Positions 39,824 through 48,066 of a stretch of DNA of 64,000 bases are shown one piece after another. Under the pieces are notes generated by a model. It made no database searches and was not told the DNA's origin. It saw nothing but the letters and a program-made list of their open reading frames with translations. The translations under genes and the position numbers were made by a program. How positions within the stretch are numbered: the first letter of the stretch is position 1; each line of letters begins with the position of its first letter. Source of the DNA: a virus; the IMG/VR virus record IMGVR_UViG_3300045988_109049, one strand, 5' to 3'.

Positions 39824-41014
39824 CTACTTTTTAAATTTGTTATACTTCTTATTTATTTTTCTTATTCTATAAGTGATAAAAGACTTATGTACCTTTTTTC
39901 CTCCCTTCTCTTCCTCTGATTCCAAAAAGTTATATACTTTCTGTATAGCTACCCTCTCAGTAGGTAAGGGCAATTCATGAAATACAGATGCTGCTCCATC
40001 GAAATATAAGGGGTATATATTACCTCCACTTCCACTATGTCTATCCTCTAAAATAGAGAGAAATCTTATTTTCTTTTTGAATTTGGTTATGTCATATCCC
40101 TCAAACTCTCTCAAACCATACTTAAAAGGACTGAATAATCCGAATATATAATCTATATCCCTTGAAGTTACCTTGCAATCTCCTAAACCATCCGTAGTGG
40201 GATAGAGCATATTCAACTTCCTATTTTCAATTCCTTCTTGACTTTGAGCTTGATGTTGCACAGCTACTATATGATATTCCAACTGGTCTCTTAAAGTTAG
40301 GAAGTATTTACTCATTTTCTCTATATTCTCTATCTTATTATAGCCTGACTCTCTAGATAAATTAGTAAAGTTATCTAAGATTATAACATGATAACATTCA
40401 GGGTCATTCCATTCAAAATAGTCGGAAACTTCTATATCTTTTAACTTTTCGGACAAACTATCTTTCACCTGTACAGTCTTTTTATGCAAAGTTCCCCTGG
40501 ATAAAGCATATTCTCTACAGAACTTATTAATGCCCGTGGGATTTTTTACATCATCTATAAAGGTCACTATCTCTTGGAATTTTTCAATATAAGTTTTATA
40601 TCTTTCAGATTCTATAAGTTCTAGTTCCCTCTCACCTAAAAGTTTCTCTTTCGATACTGACTTTAGTTGCTGGGTATCTATTCTTATATTATCCAACCTA
40701 AATAGTAAATGACATAAAAAATCGTAAAACTTGTCTGTTTTACTCATCTCTAAAGTAAAGTATAGAATCTTGAGATTATAGCTAGCATTTTTCTCTATTA
40801 TATCAAATATAGGTTCATATACTAACATGTAATCTACTAACTTACTCTTTCCAACTTTTTGTGAAGCAGTTATTATACCATATCTTTTTTTCTCAAATCC
40901 AGGAAAATCATAACTCATTCTCTTGAAGGGAATAGGAATACAGTTGGTTTTTCCTTCTATGATTCTATCTCTCCTTTCCTTTAAATCCTTTATAGCTCTA
41001 GAATAATCTTCCAT
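39824..41014 (-). CDS. DnaB-like replicative helicase
   Basis: Walker A ITASQKVGKSKL, Walker B HVIILDNF, and HIVAVQHQAQS typical of the RecA-like DnaB C-domain. Confidence 0.6.
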   Translation of the reverse strand: MEDYSRAIKDLKERRDRIIEGKTNCIPIPFKRMSYDFPGFEKKRYGIITASQKVGKSKLVDYMLVYEPIFDIIEKNASYNLKILYFTLEMSKTDKFYDFLCHLLFRLDNIRIDTQQLKSVSKEKLLGERELELIESERYKTYIEKFQEIVTFIDDVKNPTGINKFCREYALSRGTLHKKTVQVKDSLSEKLKDIEVSDYFEWNDPECYHVIILDNFTNLSRESGYNKIENIEKMSKYFLTLRDQLEYHIVAVQHQAQSQEGIENRKLNMLYPTTDGLGDCKVTSRDIDYIFGLFSPFKYGLREFEGYDITKFKKKIRFLSILEDRHSGSGGNIYPLYFDGAASVFHELPLPTERVAIQKVYNFLESEEEKGGKKVHKSFITYRIRKINKKYNKFKK

Positions 41015-41017
41015 ACA

Positions 41018-41620
41018 TTAACTTAATTGAGTAGTCCAATCACTTCTAAGGTCGTCTGTCTGCCCTGCATTCTCAATGTAACTAATCAGCTCAGAGTCTC
41101 CCTCTACTTCTCCTGAAGCTCCTACTTTTTCCTTAAATATGAAATACTTCAACAGTCTCATATACGTGTAGTTCCCATTGAATCCTTCTACATACTTTTT
41201 AGTAGCCTGAATTATCTGTTCATCTGTATATTCATTACCATACTTTTTAAAGAATAATTTAAGCCTTCTCACAATTAAGGCTAGTCCATCTGCCCAATAA
41301 TAACTTGTACCTGCTTTTTTCCCTTTAGGAAATATTGCTTTCATTTGCTGAGCTAAACTAACCAATCTGTCTTGTGGTTCTTGCTCTTTACTAGAATCTA
41401 ATATTACTGAGTCTAATACTGTAGAACCTTCATTGGTCAGTTTCCATCCTATAGGTTGTCTGTACTCATCTCTATCTGCTGTAATGAATCCTTTTTCAAT
41501 AAGGCCGATTTCAGCTTTCTTTAAGTCAGCCTTATTGAATATGGATAACATTAAGAGAACTTCTCCCAGGCATAAACTATTTTGGGTTATAGCCATTTCA
41601 TTTAAACATATTGTAGTCAT
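41018..41620 (-). CDS. Hypothetical protein (replication-module associated)
   Basis: ORF track. Start/stop coupled between the two helicase genes. Confidence 0.4.
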   Translation of the reverse strand: MTTICLNEMAITQNSLCLGEVLLMLSIFNKADLKKAEIGLIEKGFITADRDEYRQPIGWKLTNEGSTVLDSVILDSSKEQEPQDRLVSLAQQMKAIFPKGKKAGTSYYWADGLALIVRRLKLFFKKYGNEYTDEQIIQATKKYVEGFNGNYTYMRLLKYFIFKEKVGASGEVEGDSELISYIENAGQTDDLRSDWTTQLS

Positions 41621-42840
41621 AGTTCCAGGTCCTCCAACTTGTAAATCTTAGTTATATATTTTTTATTTACTCCTTCTAGAACATTCCTAAGATATTCAGT
41701 ATCTCTGGTATTTTCATAGTAGAAGATGAACTGGATAGGATCTTCAGCTCTTAAACTTCTACCAAATTTTTGAATAAATGCTCTTTCCTGTCCATCTAGT
41801 TGTACAATTATTCCAACCTCAATATCAGTTAAGTTTTGTCCTTCCTGCAACATTCCGACAGCAAATAGGTTATTTATTCTCTTACGATTAAAATCATCTA
41901 TTATCTGTAAAGAATCAACCCTCTTGGAATGTATGGCATTTTGACCTCCTAATTGCTCAGCTTGTTCTATACTGGTACAAAAACATATAAGTCTTTTGTT
42001 ACTTACTTTGCAAAGTAGAGACCTTACGACATCTGTCTTTAATTCCCCCAAGAATCTTTTCCTCTTTGATCCAGTTTGAAGCCATTTGTTCTTGATGAAT
42101 TCTTGTCTCCTTAATAGAAATAGATTCTTCCAATATTCGAATTGATTGGACAAATAATCATATTTCTGTTGCTCACTGCAGTGTATAACTAGGGTTGCAT
42201 TCGGGTATTTATTCTTATTTCTTAAATACATCCACCTATCTTGGAATAAACATTCATAGGTGACTCTATCTTCCTTTTTCCCCCACTCCTCTACTATGGT
42301 ACAGGTGTAATGTTCCTTATTCAAAGACAATGGAATAAGATATACTTTAGGTTCAGGAAGCATCTTCCACTCTAATGCTTTTTTAAGTGGAATTTTCGAG
42401 ACTAGAAATTCACCGAAAATTCTTGTCAGGGCTTGAATTACAGAATCAGGAAGAGTAGCAGAAAGTAATATTACATTGTCTACAGGCATACTGGATAGAA
42501 TATCCATCTTTAGATCAGTACCCAGATGGTGAGCTTCATCAAAGATAATTAAATCCCAATACGTGTTTCTATATTTAGCTAGAGAGGCATAACACTCTAT
42601 ATTGATATTGTTGGACTTGAACTTCCATTTGGCTAATTCTACCTCCCAATTCGATTTATGAGCAGTTTCAGCTACCACTAAAAGAACCTTTAATTCTCTC
42701 TCCTTTTTTCTGCTCTGTAAATAATTAGCCATTTCTATAGCTACTCTGGACTTCCCCAAGCCAGTAGCCCATAGTAGGGCTACTCTTGGGTTCCTCCTAA
42801 TTAATCTTATTGCATCTTGCTGTAAATCTTCTCTATTCAT
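41617..42840 (-). CDS. Superfamily 2 (DEAH/SNF2-like) helicase
   Basis: Motif I WATGLGKS, motif II IIFDEAHHLG, motif III LLSAT, motif VI QKFGRSLR. Confidence 0.7.
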   Translation of the reverse strand: MNREDLQQDAIRLIRRNPRVALLWATGLGKSRVAIEMANYLQSRKKERELKVLLVVAETAHKSNWEVELAKWKFKSNNINIECYASLAKYRNTYWDLIIFDEAHHLGTDLKMDILSSMPVDNVILLSATLPDSVIQALTRIFGEFLVSKIPLKKALEWKMLPEPKVYLIPLSLNKEHYTCTIVEEWGKKEDRVTYECLFQDRWMYLRNKNKYPNATLVIHCSEQQKYDYLSNQFEYWKNLFLLRRQEFIKNKWLQTGSKRKRFLGELKTDVVRSLLCKVSNKRLICFCTSIEQAEQLGGQNAIHSKRVDSLQIIDDFNRKRINNLFAVGMLQEGQNLTDIEVGIIVQLDGQERAFIQKFGRSLRAEDPIQFIFYYENTRDTEYLRNVLEGVNKKYITKIYKLEDLEL

Positions 42841-43202
42841 GTTAATTCTTTATTAAGAAACTCCGATATAGATCTTATCATCTTTGCAAGTCTAGGACTA
42901 TTCTCTTTAATCTCCACTACCCATATCGTGCACTCATGAGGATCATCCGGGTAACTCGCTTTGACTGCTATTTGTGTTATTAGAATTATGAACCATGCTA
43001 TATTAAACCACGGAACTAATAATAAGAGCCACATTATGATACGCAAAGGAGTAAGAGGGAGCCTTCTACTGGAATCCCTATCTAATCCCCAATGCTGAGA
43101 ATAATAGCTAGGACCTGAAGATGTTTGTGTATAATCATATACGGTAATATTCTTCCATATGAAGCCTATTACCATCATAGCCAGCACTATAAAAATAATC
43201 AT
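42837..43202 (-). CDS. Membrane protein
   Basis: Predicted TM helices IIFIVLAMMVIGFIW and IIMWLLLLVPWFNIAWFIILI. Confidence 0.5.
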   Translation of the reverse strand: MIIFIVLAMMVIGFIWKNITVYDYTQTSSGPSYYSQHWGLDRDSSRRLPLTPLRIIMWLLLLVPWFNIAWFIILITQIAVKASYPDDPHECTIWVVEIKENSPRLAKMIRSISEFLNKELT

Positions 43203-43203
43203 A

Positions 43204-44007
43204 TTATTTACTTATTTTACTTATATCTAAAAATACTCCGCTGTTTCCATTAGAAGTTACTGTAGGTACAGTACCATTCCACTTTTCAATCCACATTTGT
43301 TGTAATATTTGAGGAGTTAAAGATTTGGTTCTTAGAATATTGGCTTCATACTCAGCTTGTGCTGCTATTACTTTCTTTTGAGCCTCAGCTTTGACAATAG
43401 CCAATTCATTTTCCGCTTTTTGGCTCTTTTGTACAGCCTCATTTTTACTATTTATGGCTTCTATCAGAATTTTAGGATATTGTAACCCTGATGTAAGCTG
43501 CTCAAGTTGAAAATTTTCTTCTAATAATTCCTTAGATAGTTTATCCTCTATAGCTTTTTCAAATTCTTCTCTTTTACTAACTAGTTCATCAGTAGTATAA
43601 GCATTTAATTGTATTCTAAAAGCATTTCTCACATAATTATATAGGGTAGTATTAATAACCTCTGTAATATTTACCTTTCTATATTTCTTAAATACTTCAG
43701 CTGACTTACCGTCGACTATCTTAAGGGAAATGGTAGGATCTACTACAAAAGAACTGCCATCTTTAGCATTAACGCTAAATGGAGGATAATCCACAGTTTG
43801 AACGAATGTAGGATACTCATAAATAGCAGTTGTTATAGGATTATACCATACCATTCCAGTTACTAATGTAACCTTATCAACCCCTTTGTCGTCTCCATAA
43901 AGATTGACTTTGATACCTTCATAACCTGCATCTACTCTCTCAGCACAACTAGATACGGAAAGTATTAGTAATGCAACTAGTAATCCAAAAATAAATTTAC
44001 TTTTCAT
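43204..44007 (-). CDS. SPFH/band-7 (prohibitin-like) lipoprotein
   Basis: Signal peptide plus lipobox LILSVSSC. GYEGIKVNLYG opens an SPFH-like domain. C-terminal coiled coil: AENELAIVKAEAQKKVIAAQAEYEAN. Confidence 0.5.
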   Translation of the reverse strand: MKSKFIFGLLVALLILSVSSCAERVDAGYEGIKVNLYGDDKGVDKVTLVTGMVWYNPITTAIYEYPTFVQTVDYPPFSVNAKDGSSFVVDPTISLKIVDGKSAEVFKKYRKVNITEVINTTLYNYVRNAFRIQLNAYTTDELVSKREEFEKAIEDKLSKELLEENFQLEQLTSGLQYPKILIEAINSKNEAVQKSQKAENELAIVKAEAQKKVIAAQAEYEANILRTKSLTPQILQQMWIEKWNGTVPTVTSNGNSGVFLDISKISK

Positions 44008-44200
44008 CTTTTTTACTTTTTAATTTTATTATTGTTAAACATTTGGTTTTGATTGAAATAATCGATAGGAATATGATAATAAAGAATCCAATTATATTCT
44101 CTACTGTATTAGATGTGGACATCATTACTAATCCTATATTAAGTATAGTAACAAATAGGATAAGCCACACTGCTAACTTAATTATTGTACTTGTTCTCAT
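43997..44200 (-). CDS. Small two-TM membrane protein
   Basis: Hydrophobic segments AVWLILFVTILNIGLVMM and IIGFFIIIFLSIISI. Confidence 0.45.
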   Translation of the reverse strand: MRTSTIIKLAVWLILFVTILNIGLVMMSTSNTVENIIGFFIIIFLSIISIKTKCLTIIKLKSKKDEK

Positions 44201-44227
44201 TTTTGAATAGTATTATCAAGAGTAGAA

Positions 44228-44767
44228 TTACCAAACAGTCTGTATTCTTTCTCTTAGCTGTTTATTATTACAGCATATATAGTTAAAGAGCTTACTAATG
44301 GTTTTATATGTATCATAAATACCACATAAATCCCCTCCCTTTTCATCTAGTTCGTTTGATACACACAGCATATCCAATTTGTTCTTTGGAGCTTCCATAG
44401 TATTCAACACTTGATTAGTTAATTCGATTACAGTATTTCCTGAAGATATAAAATCATCTACCATTATGACAGGAGAATTAGTCGGAATACAAAGAGATCG
44501 TCCCTCATGATGACTTCTTGGAAATCCATATACCACAACATCTCTTCCCATTTCTACCAGTTTGGTAGCTATTCCACCTAACAATATATTTCCAGATCTA
44601 TTAGTTCCGACTAAATATAATGTTCCTATCTTCTTATCATATGCTTTCAAAATGTTCTGAACTACACTATGTATATAATCAACGTTCAACATAAAGTATT
44701 CCCCAGTAGGGTAAGTGCAATCTACATATTTGTCATAGTATAGTAACTTTGCATTAGTTGTTTTCAT
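44228..44767 (-). CDS. Type I phosphoribosyltransferase
   Basis: PVIMVDDFISSGNTVIELT is the PRPP-binding motif (hydrophobic x4-DD-x-xxxGxT). Confidence 0.65.
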   Translation of the reverse strand: MKTTNAKLLYYDKYVDCTYPTGEYFMLNVDYIHSVVQNILKAYDKKIGTLYLVGTNRSGNILLGGIATKLVEMGRDVVVYGFPRSHHEGRSLCIPTNSPVIMVDDFISSGNTVIELTNQVLNTMEAPKNKLDMLCVSNELDEKGGDLCGIYDTYKTISKLFNYICCNNKQLRERIQTVW

Positions 44768-44785
44768 TATTATTTGTTCTAAGGT

Positions 44786-44821
44786 AAAAAAAAAAGCAAG
44801 GTAAGTACCTCCTTACCTTGC
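44786..44821 (-). terminator. Intrinsic terminator
   Basis: 10-bp stem gcaaggtaag/cttaccttgc, followed on the minus strand by T10. Lies downstream of gene 44838-45260. Confidence 0.7.
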
Positions 44822-44837
44822 TTTATTCCATTATTGG

Positions 44838-45260
44838 TTAATCCTCAAATATAACATAAGAATCAACTATGCCTCCAAGAGATTTGGCCAGCTCATTGAC
44901 ATTGAACTCTACTCTAACTTTCACCGGGAGGCTCAACCAATATGATTTTCTGTTCCAATATTTTTTTGGAACATCATTAACCATTCCCTCATAAGCATCC
45001 CTGCTTATATTTATAATCTGCTTGGCAGGCTTGAACTTTCTGGTAGTGTAATGTATTACCTCCGGCTTTTCCTTTTTCTTTCCATCTACTCTTATAGTAT
45101 GGACGATTACCTTCTCCGGATCTTCTGCAGTTTCCTTCTTAAATATCTTCTTTCCATTTTTTAATACTTTTACTTTACGAGTTGTTTTAAGGCACTCCTC
45201 CTTGCTAAACATTGTTCTTCCTGGAAGAATAATGGTTAGACTTAACTTAGTTTCCATCAT
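44838..45260 (-). CDS. Hypothetical basic protein
   Basis: ORF track; Lys-rich. Confidence 0.45.
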   Translation of the reverse strand: MMETKLSLTIILPGRTMFSKEECLKTTRKVKVLKNGKKIFKKETAEDPEKVIVHTIRVDGKKKEKPEVIHYTTRKFKPAKQIINISRDAYEGMVNDVPKKYWNRKSYWLSLPVKVRVEFNVNELAKSLGGIVDSYVIFED

Positions 45261-45262
45261 AT

Positions 45263-45508
45263 TTAGTCGATAATTAGGGTATCTTTATAAATATTGTCTC
45301 CACATTCATCACAATGCGCTATTAATTCTGATTCTCCCATTATTTCTACTGCTTGAATTAGTAAAGTTCTTAATAACTCCTCATTATCTATCTTCTCTAT
45401 GACCTTTAGAGCTTTCTCTTTAAATTCTTTGGGATCTAAATCTATAGTCTCAACTCCATCTATTGTTAAAGAATGAGCCATGCATCCAGATGTATATTCT
45501 ATTTTCAT
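45263..45508 (-). CDS. Hypothetical small protein
   Basis: ORF track. Confidence 0.4.
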   Translation of the reverse strand: MKIEYTSGCMAHSLTIDGVETIDLDPKEFKEKALKVIEKIDNEELLRTLLIQAVEIMGESELIAHCDECGDNIYKDTLIID

Positions 45509-45564
45509 GTCATTTAGTTAAATTTTCTGTTAATATCTATCCTCATTTCCATATTTGTTTTTTT

Positions 45565-45924
45565 TTATTTCAATTCAACAGGTTCATCTTCCCATGTAAG
45601 ATCCCTACCTATAAGTTTCTTAATAGAGCCTTTTGGGAGAACAACTAAGTAATCTAATTTGTTACCATCAGAATCAAATTCAAAATTATCCCAGAATGAA
45701 AGAACTTCTATAGCTTTTCCCCTATCCATTTTGAATGGACTATTGTAAGTTGCTCTACTATACCTTTTACCATCTCCATCGACTATACAACTTATCCCAT
45801 TAGAAGCGCACTTATCACATAAAACAGGATCACATTTTTTGTATCTCTTATAATATCCACTTCTGTATAAAGAATAATCTGATATTATTTCCGTACCATC
45901 CTTATTAACCGCCAGATATGCCAT
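45565..45924 (-). CDS. Hypothetical protein
   Basis: ORF track. Confidence 0.45.
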   Translation of the reverse strand: MAYLAVNKDGTEIISDYSLYRSGYYKRYKKCDPVLCDKCASNGISCIVDGDGKRYSRATYNSPFKMDRGKAIEVLSFWDNFEFDSDGNKLDYLVVLPKGSIKKLIGRDLTWEDEPVELK

Positions 45925-46100
45925 ACTGTATAATTTATTTCTTTAATATTACAAATAATTTTACTCTTACTTATAGTTCACAAATTTGTGGAGCATGAGG
46001 GATTCGCGAAGTTAGTAATTTCTTTAATATTCCAAAATAATTTCTATTATACTGTTATCTATGTGCTTGATTATTCTTAACTTTGTACAAAACTTAAAAT

Positions 46101-46661
46101 ATGGAGTTATACAAACAGAAAAGAAAACTAGTAACTGTCACTTGTGATTACTGTAGAGAGAGTTTCTCTAAACCAGAATCAGAGTATAAAAGAAATATTA
46201 AATTAGGCAGACATAACTTTTGTTCAAGGTCTTGTTGCGGTAAATACATTGCATCTCTCAACAAGCCTCTTACTCAAGCTCAAATAGGGTCTAGAAACTC
46301 TATAAGAAACTATAGTAGTAATAGAAATGATGAGTACACACCATTTAGAGAAATTCTAAGAACCGTAAGAAACAGGTGTAAAGAATTTAATCTAGATTTA
46401 CCTTATCTTGTGGAACTTTGGAACTCACAAAATGGTATTTGTCCTTATACAAGACTTAAACTTGTTTTACCTACTTGGAATACTAATCCTGACATAAGAT
46501 ATAGAGCTTCACTTGACAGAATAGATTCTTCTAAAGGATATATTAAAGGTAACGTGCAATTTGTTGCGACTCCTATCAATTATCTTAAAGGAACTATGTC
46601 AGATGAGACTACTAAAGCTTATCTCAGAGAAATTGCCGCTTCTATTTTCATAGAAGATTAG
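46101..46661 (+). CDS. Free-standing HNH endonuclease on the opposite strand to all neighbours
   Basis: GICPYTRLKL...ASLDRIDSSKGYIKGNVQFVATPINYLKG is an HNH core. There is an N-terminal CxxC...C..CC zinc-finger-like region. A TAacTTTG box lies about 25 nt upstream. Confidence 0.65.
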   Translation: MELYKQKRKLVTVTCDYCRESFSKPESEYKRNIKLGRHNFCSRSCCGKYIASLNKPLTQAQIGSRNSIRNYSSNRNDEYTPFREILRTVRNRCKEFNLDLPYLVELWNSQNGICPYTRLKLVLPTWNTNPDIRYRASLDRIDSSKGYIKGNVQFVATPINYLKGTMSDETTKAYLREIAASIFIED

Positions 46662-46900
46662 ACTATATCATCACCTCAATAATTTGAGGGTAGGACGCTC
46701 AAGCTGGTAATTAAGGAGACTGTACTCCTCCAGTAGTCGTTGCACTTTCATTAGGTGTACCTAATGCTTAGCTCAGGATTGGCATGATAAAAGCTAGTTC
46801 TGAGCTTTTATTTTAGCGTTCCCTGAGTTCATCCTATTTTGTAAATACTATCACTAGTAAGCGGGTCCGAACTTAAACCCTCGTCTTACTAACTTTTAAT
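46600..46900 (-). ncRNA. ORF-less group I intron-like ribozyme core without identifiable coding exons
   Basis: Minus-strand elements: P gaactcaggg (46821-46830), P5 hairpin (about 46788-46810), Q aatcctgagc (46771-46780), P6 hairpin (46750-46765), R caacgactac (46733-46742), S gatatagtc (46661-46669), GAAA hairpin (46639-46656). P and Q pair perfectly (CUCAGG/CCUGAG). The ends are not defined. Confidence 0.6.
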
Positions 46901-47732
46901 AAAAGAATTTCACATGTTTACCACTTTGATATGTAGTAGGTTCTCTACTGGGGTCAACCGATAGTTGACAGATCCACCACTCTATTTAATCTAATAGAGA
47001 AATCTTCATAAGGAGTTATAAGAATTAAAATTGAAGGGTCACACCCTCTGCATACACCAGGCAGCTTGCTCCTAACTAATAAACAAACTATATATAATAT
47101 TAAAGGTGTATTGAAAGTAGGTATAGCCTTATTAACTTCCTTCTTGACCCTATTATTCACCTTTCTGTTTCCAAGCAGGTGAGGCTCAGCCTACAAGTTA
47201 GGCGGCAGCTCTATAAGTGTTGCCAGTTAAAGTTTTGATGTCTTTCCATCAGTCTTTACATGTTCTCTTACCAAATAATTAGCAATCAAAACCAAATCAT
47301 GCCCCATATTATAGTGGAAGAAGTTGTTAATACTGATTTTTTTTTGCTGTATGTAACATCTTCTTCCACCTATAGTCAATCTCTTTTCATTTTTCTTACT
47401 TTCTTTCCAGATTTCATTTTCTCTGTCTTTTTCACCTGGAGTTCTTCATTACTGTAATCATTAATATTTATTCTTTTCATTTTTCTATTTCGTCTTACTG
47501 AAAAATAACTTGAATATTGTTTTCCAAATACCGGATCTTTGTTTCTCAGGCTGTTGAGTGTTCTCCATTGCAGTCTTTCTGTTATAGTTTACACTCTTCT
47601 TCCCTACTGTGATAAAGACAGTATTTGTCTTGTCATTTGAGTCTTTCCTAGATAGGGCTGTCTTCTTCCTTAGTAAATCTTCTTTTAGTTGTCATTTTCT
47701 TTAGAATTGGTTAAAAATATAAATAGTTATAG

Positions 47733-47804
47733 TGGCTCCTCCCAGATTCGAACTGGGATTAGAGGCTTAGAAGGCCACTGTTCTTTCCATTGAACTAAGG
47801 AGTC
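47733..47804 (-). tRNA. tRNA-Arg (anticodon UCU)
   Basis: Hand-folded cloverleaf. Acceptor GACUCCU/AGGAGCC has one A-C mismatch. D arm GUUC/GAAC. Anticodon loop CUUCUAA. T arm CCCAG-UUCGAAU-CUGGG. No encoded CCA. Confidence 0.7.
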
Positions 47805-47959
47805 TTTTAAAAATGATAGTCTATTCCTATCAGTCAAATAAACAAAAATCTTTATTGAATCTGAGAAAGGTATAAGTGTTTTGCTATACGTATAATTGCT
47901 ATTGAACCTATATTACTCCTATCTTTCATGGGCTTTTTGTATTATTATGATTTCCTGCG

Positions 47960-48031
47960 CACTCCTAATAGGAATCGAACCTATATCTACTCTCTAGAAG
48001 AGAATTGTTCTATACATTGAACTATAAGAGT
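47960..48031 (-). tRNA. tRNA, best fold gives anticodon UCU (Arg)
   Basis: Acceptor ACUCUUA/UAGGAGU, D arm GUUC/GAAC, anticodon stem AUUCU/AGAGU with loop CUUCUAG, T arm AUAGG-UUCGAUU-CCUAU. Confidence 0.6.
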
Positions 48032-48066
48032 GTATATTGCCTATCTTCGCAGATTAGCAATTCGTT

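Noticed and set aside
46560-46640. Hypothesis that the orphan group I core interrupts a tRNA gene, as in bacterial tRNA-Leu/fMet introns
   Set aside because: No T-arm (GGTTCGAAT-like, either strand) or acceptor-stem complement could be found where a 3' tRNA half should lie.
46954-47160. 68-aa minus-strand ORF in the GC-rich tract
   Set aside because: It has no plausible protein features and lies within stem-rich sequence next to the ribozyme core. It was considered as a possible 5' exon, but no in-frame 3' exon exists.
47648-47695. 15-codon mini-ORF MTTKRRFTKEEDSPI with a Myb/SANT-like RRFTKEED string, ending in TAG
   Set aside because: It is too short. Read-through of TAG runs into TGA and TAA within 25 codons, so neither recoding nor an intron rescues a longer frame.
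47733-48031. Stop-codon reassignment (TAG or TGA recoding) with suppressor tRNAs, as known for some crAss-like phages
   Set aside because: All large genes in both blocks are intact with standard stops. Every apparent split gene is explained by an intron. Both tRNAs fold best with anticodon UCU.
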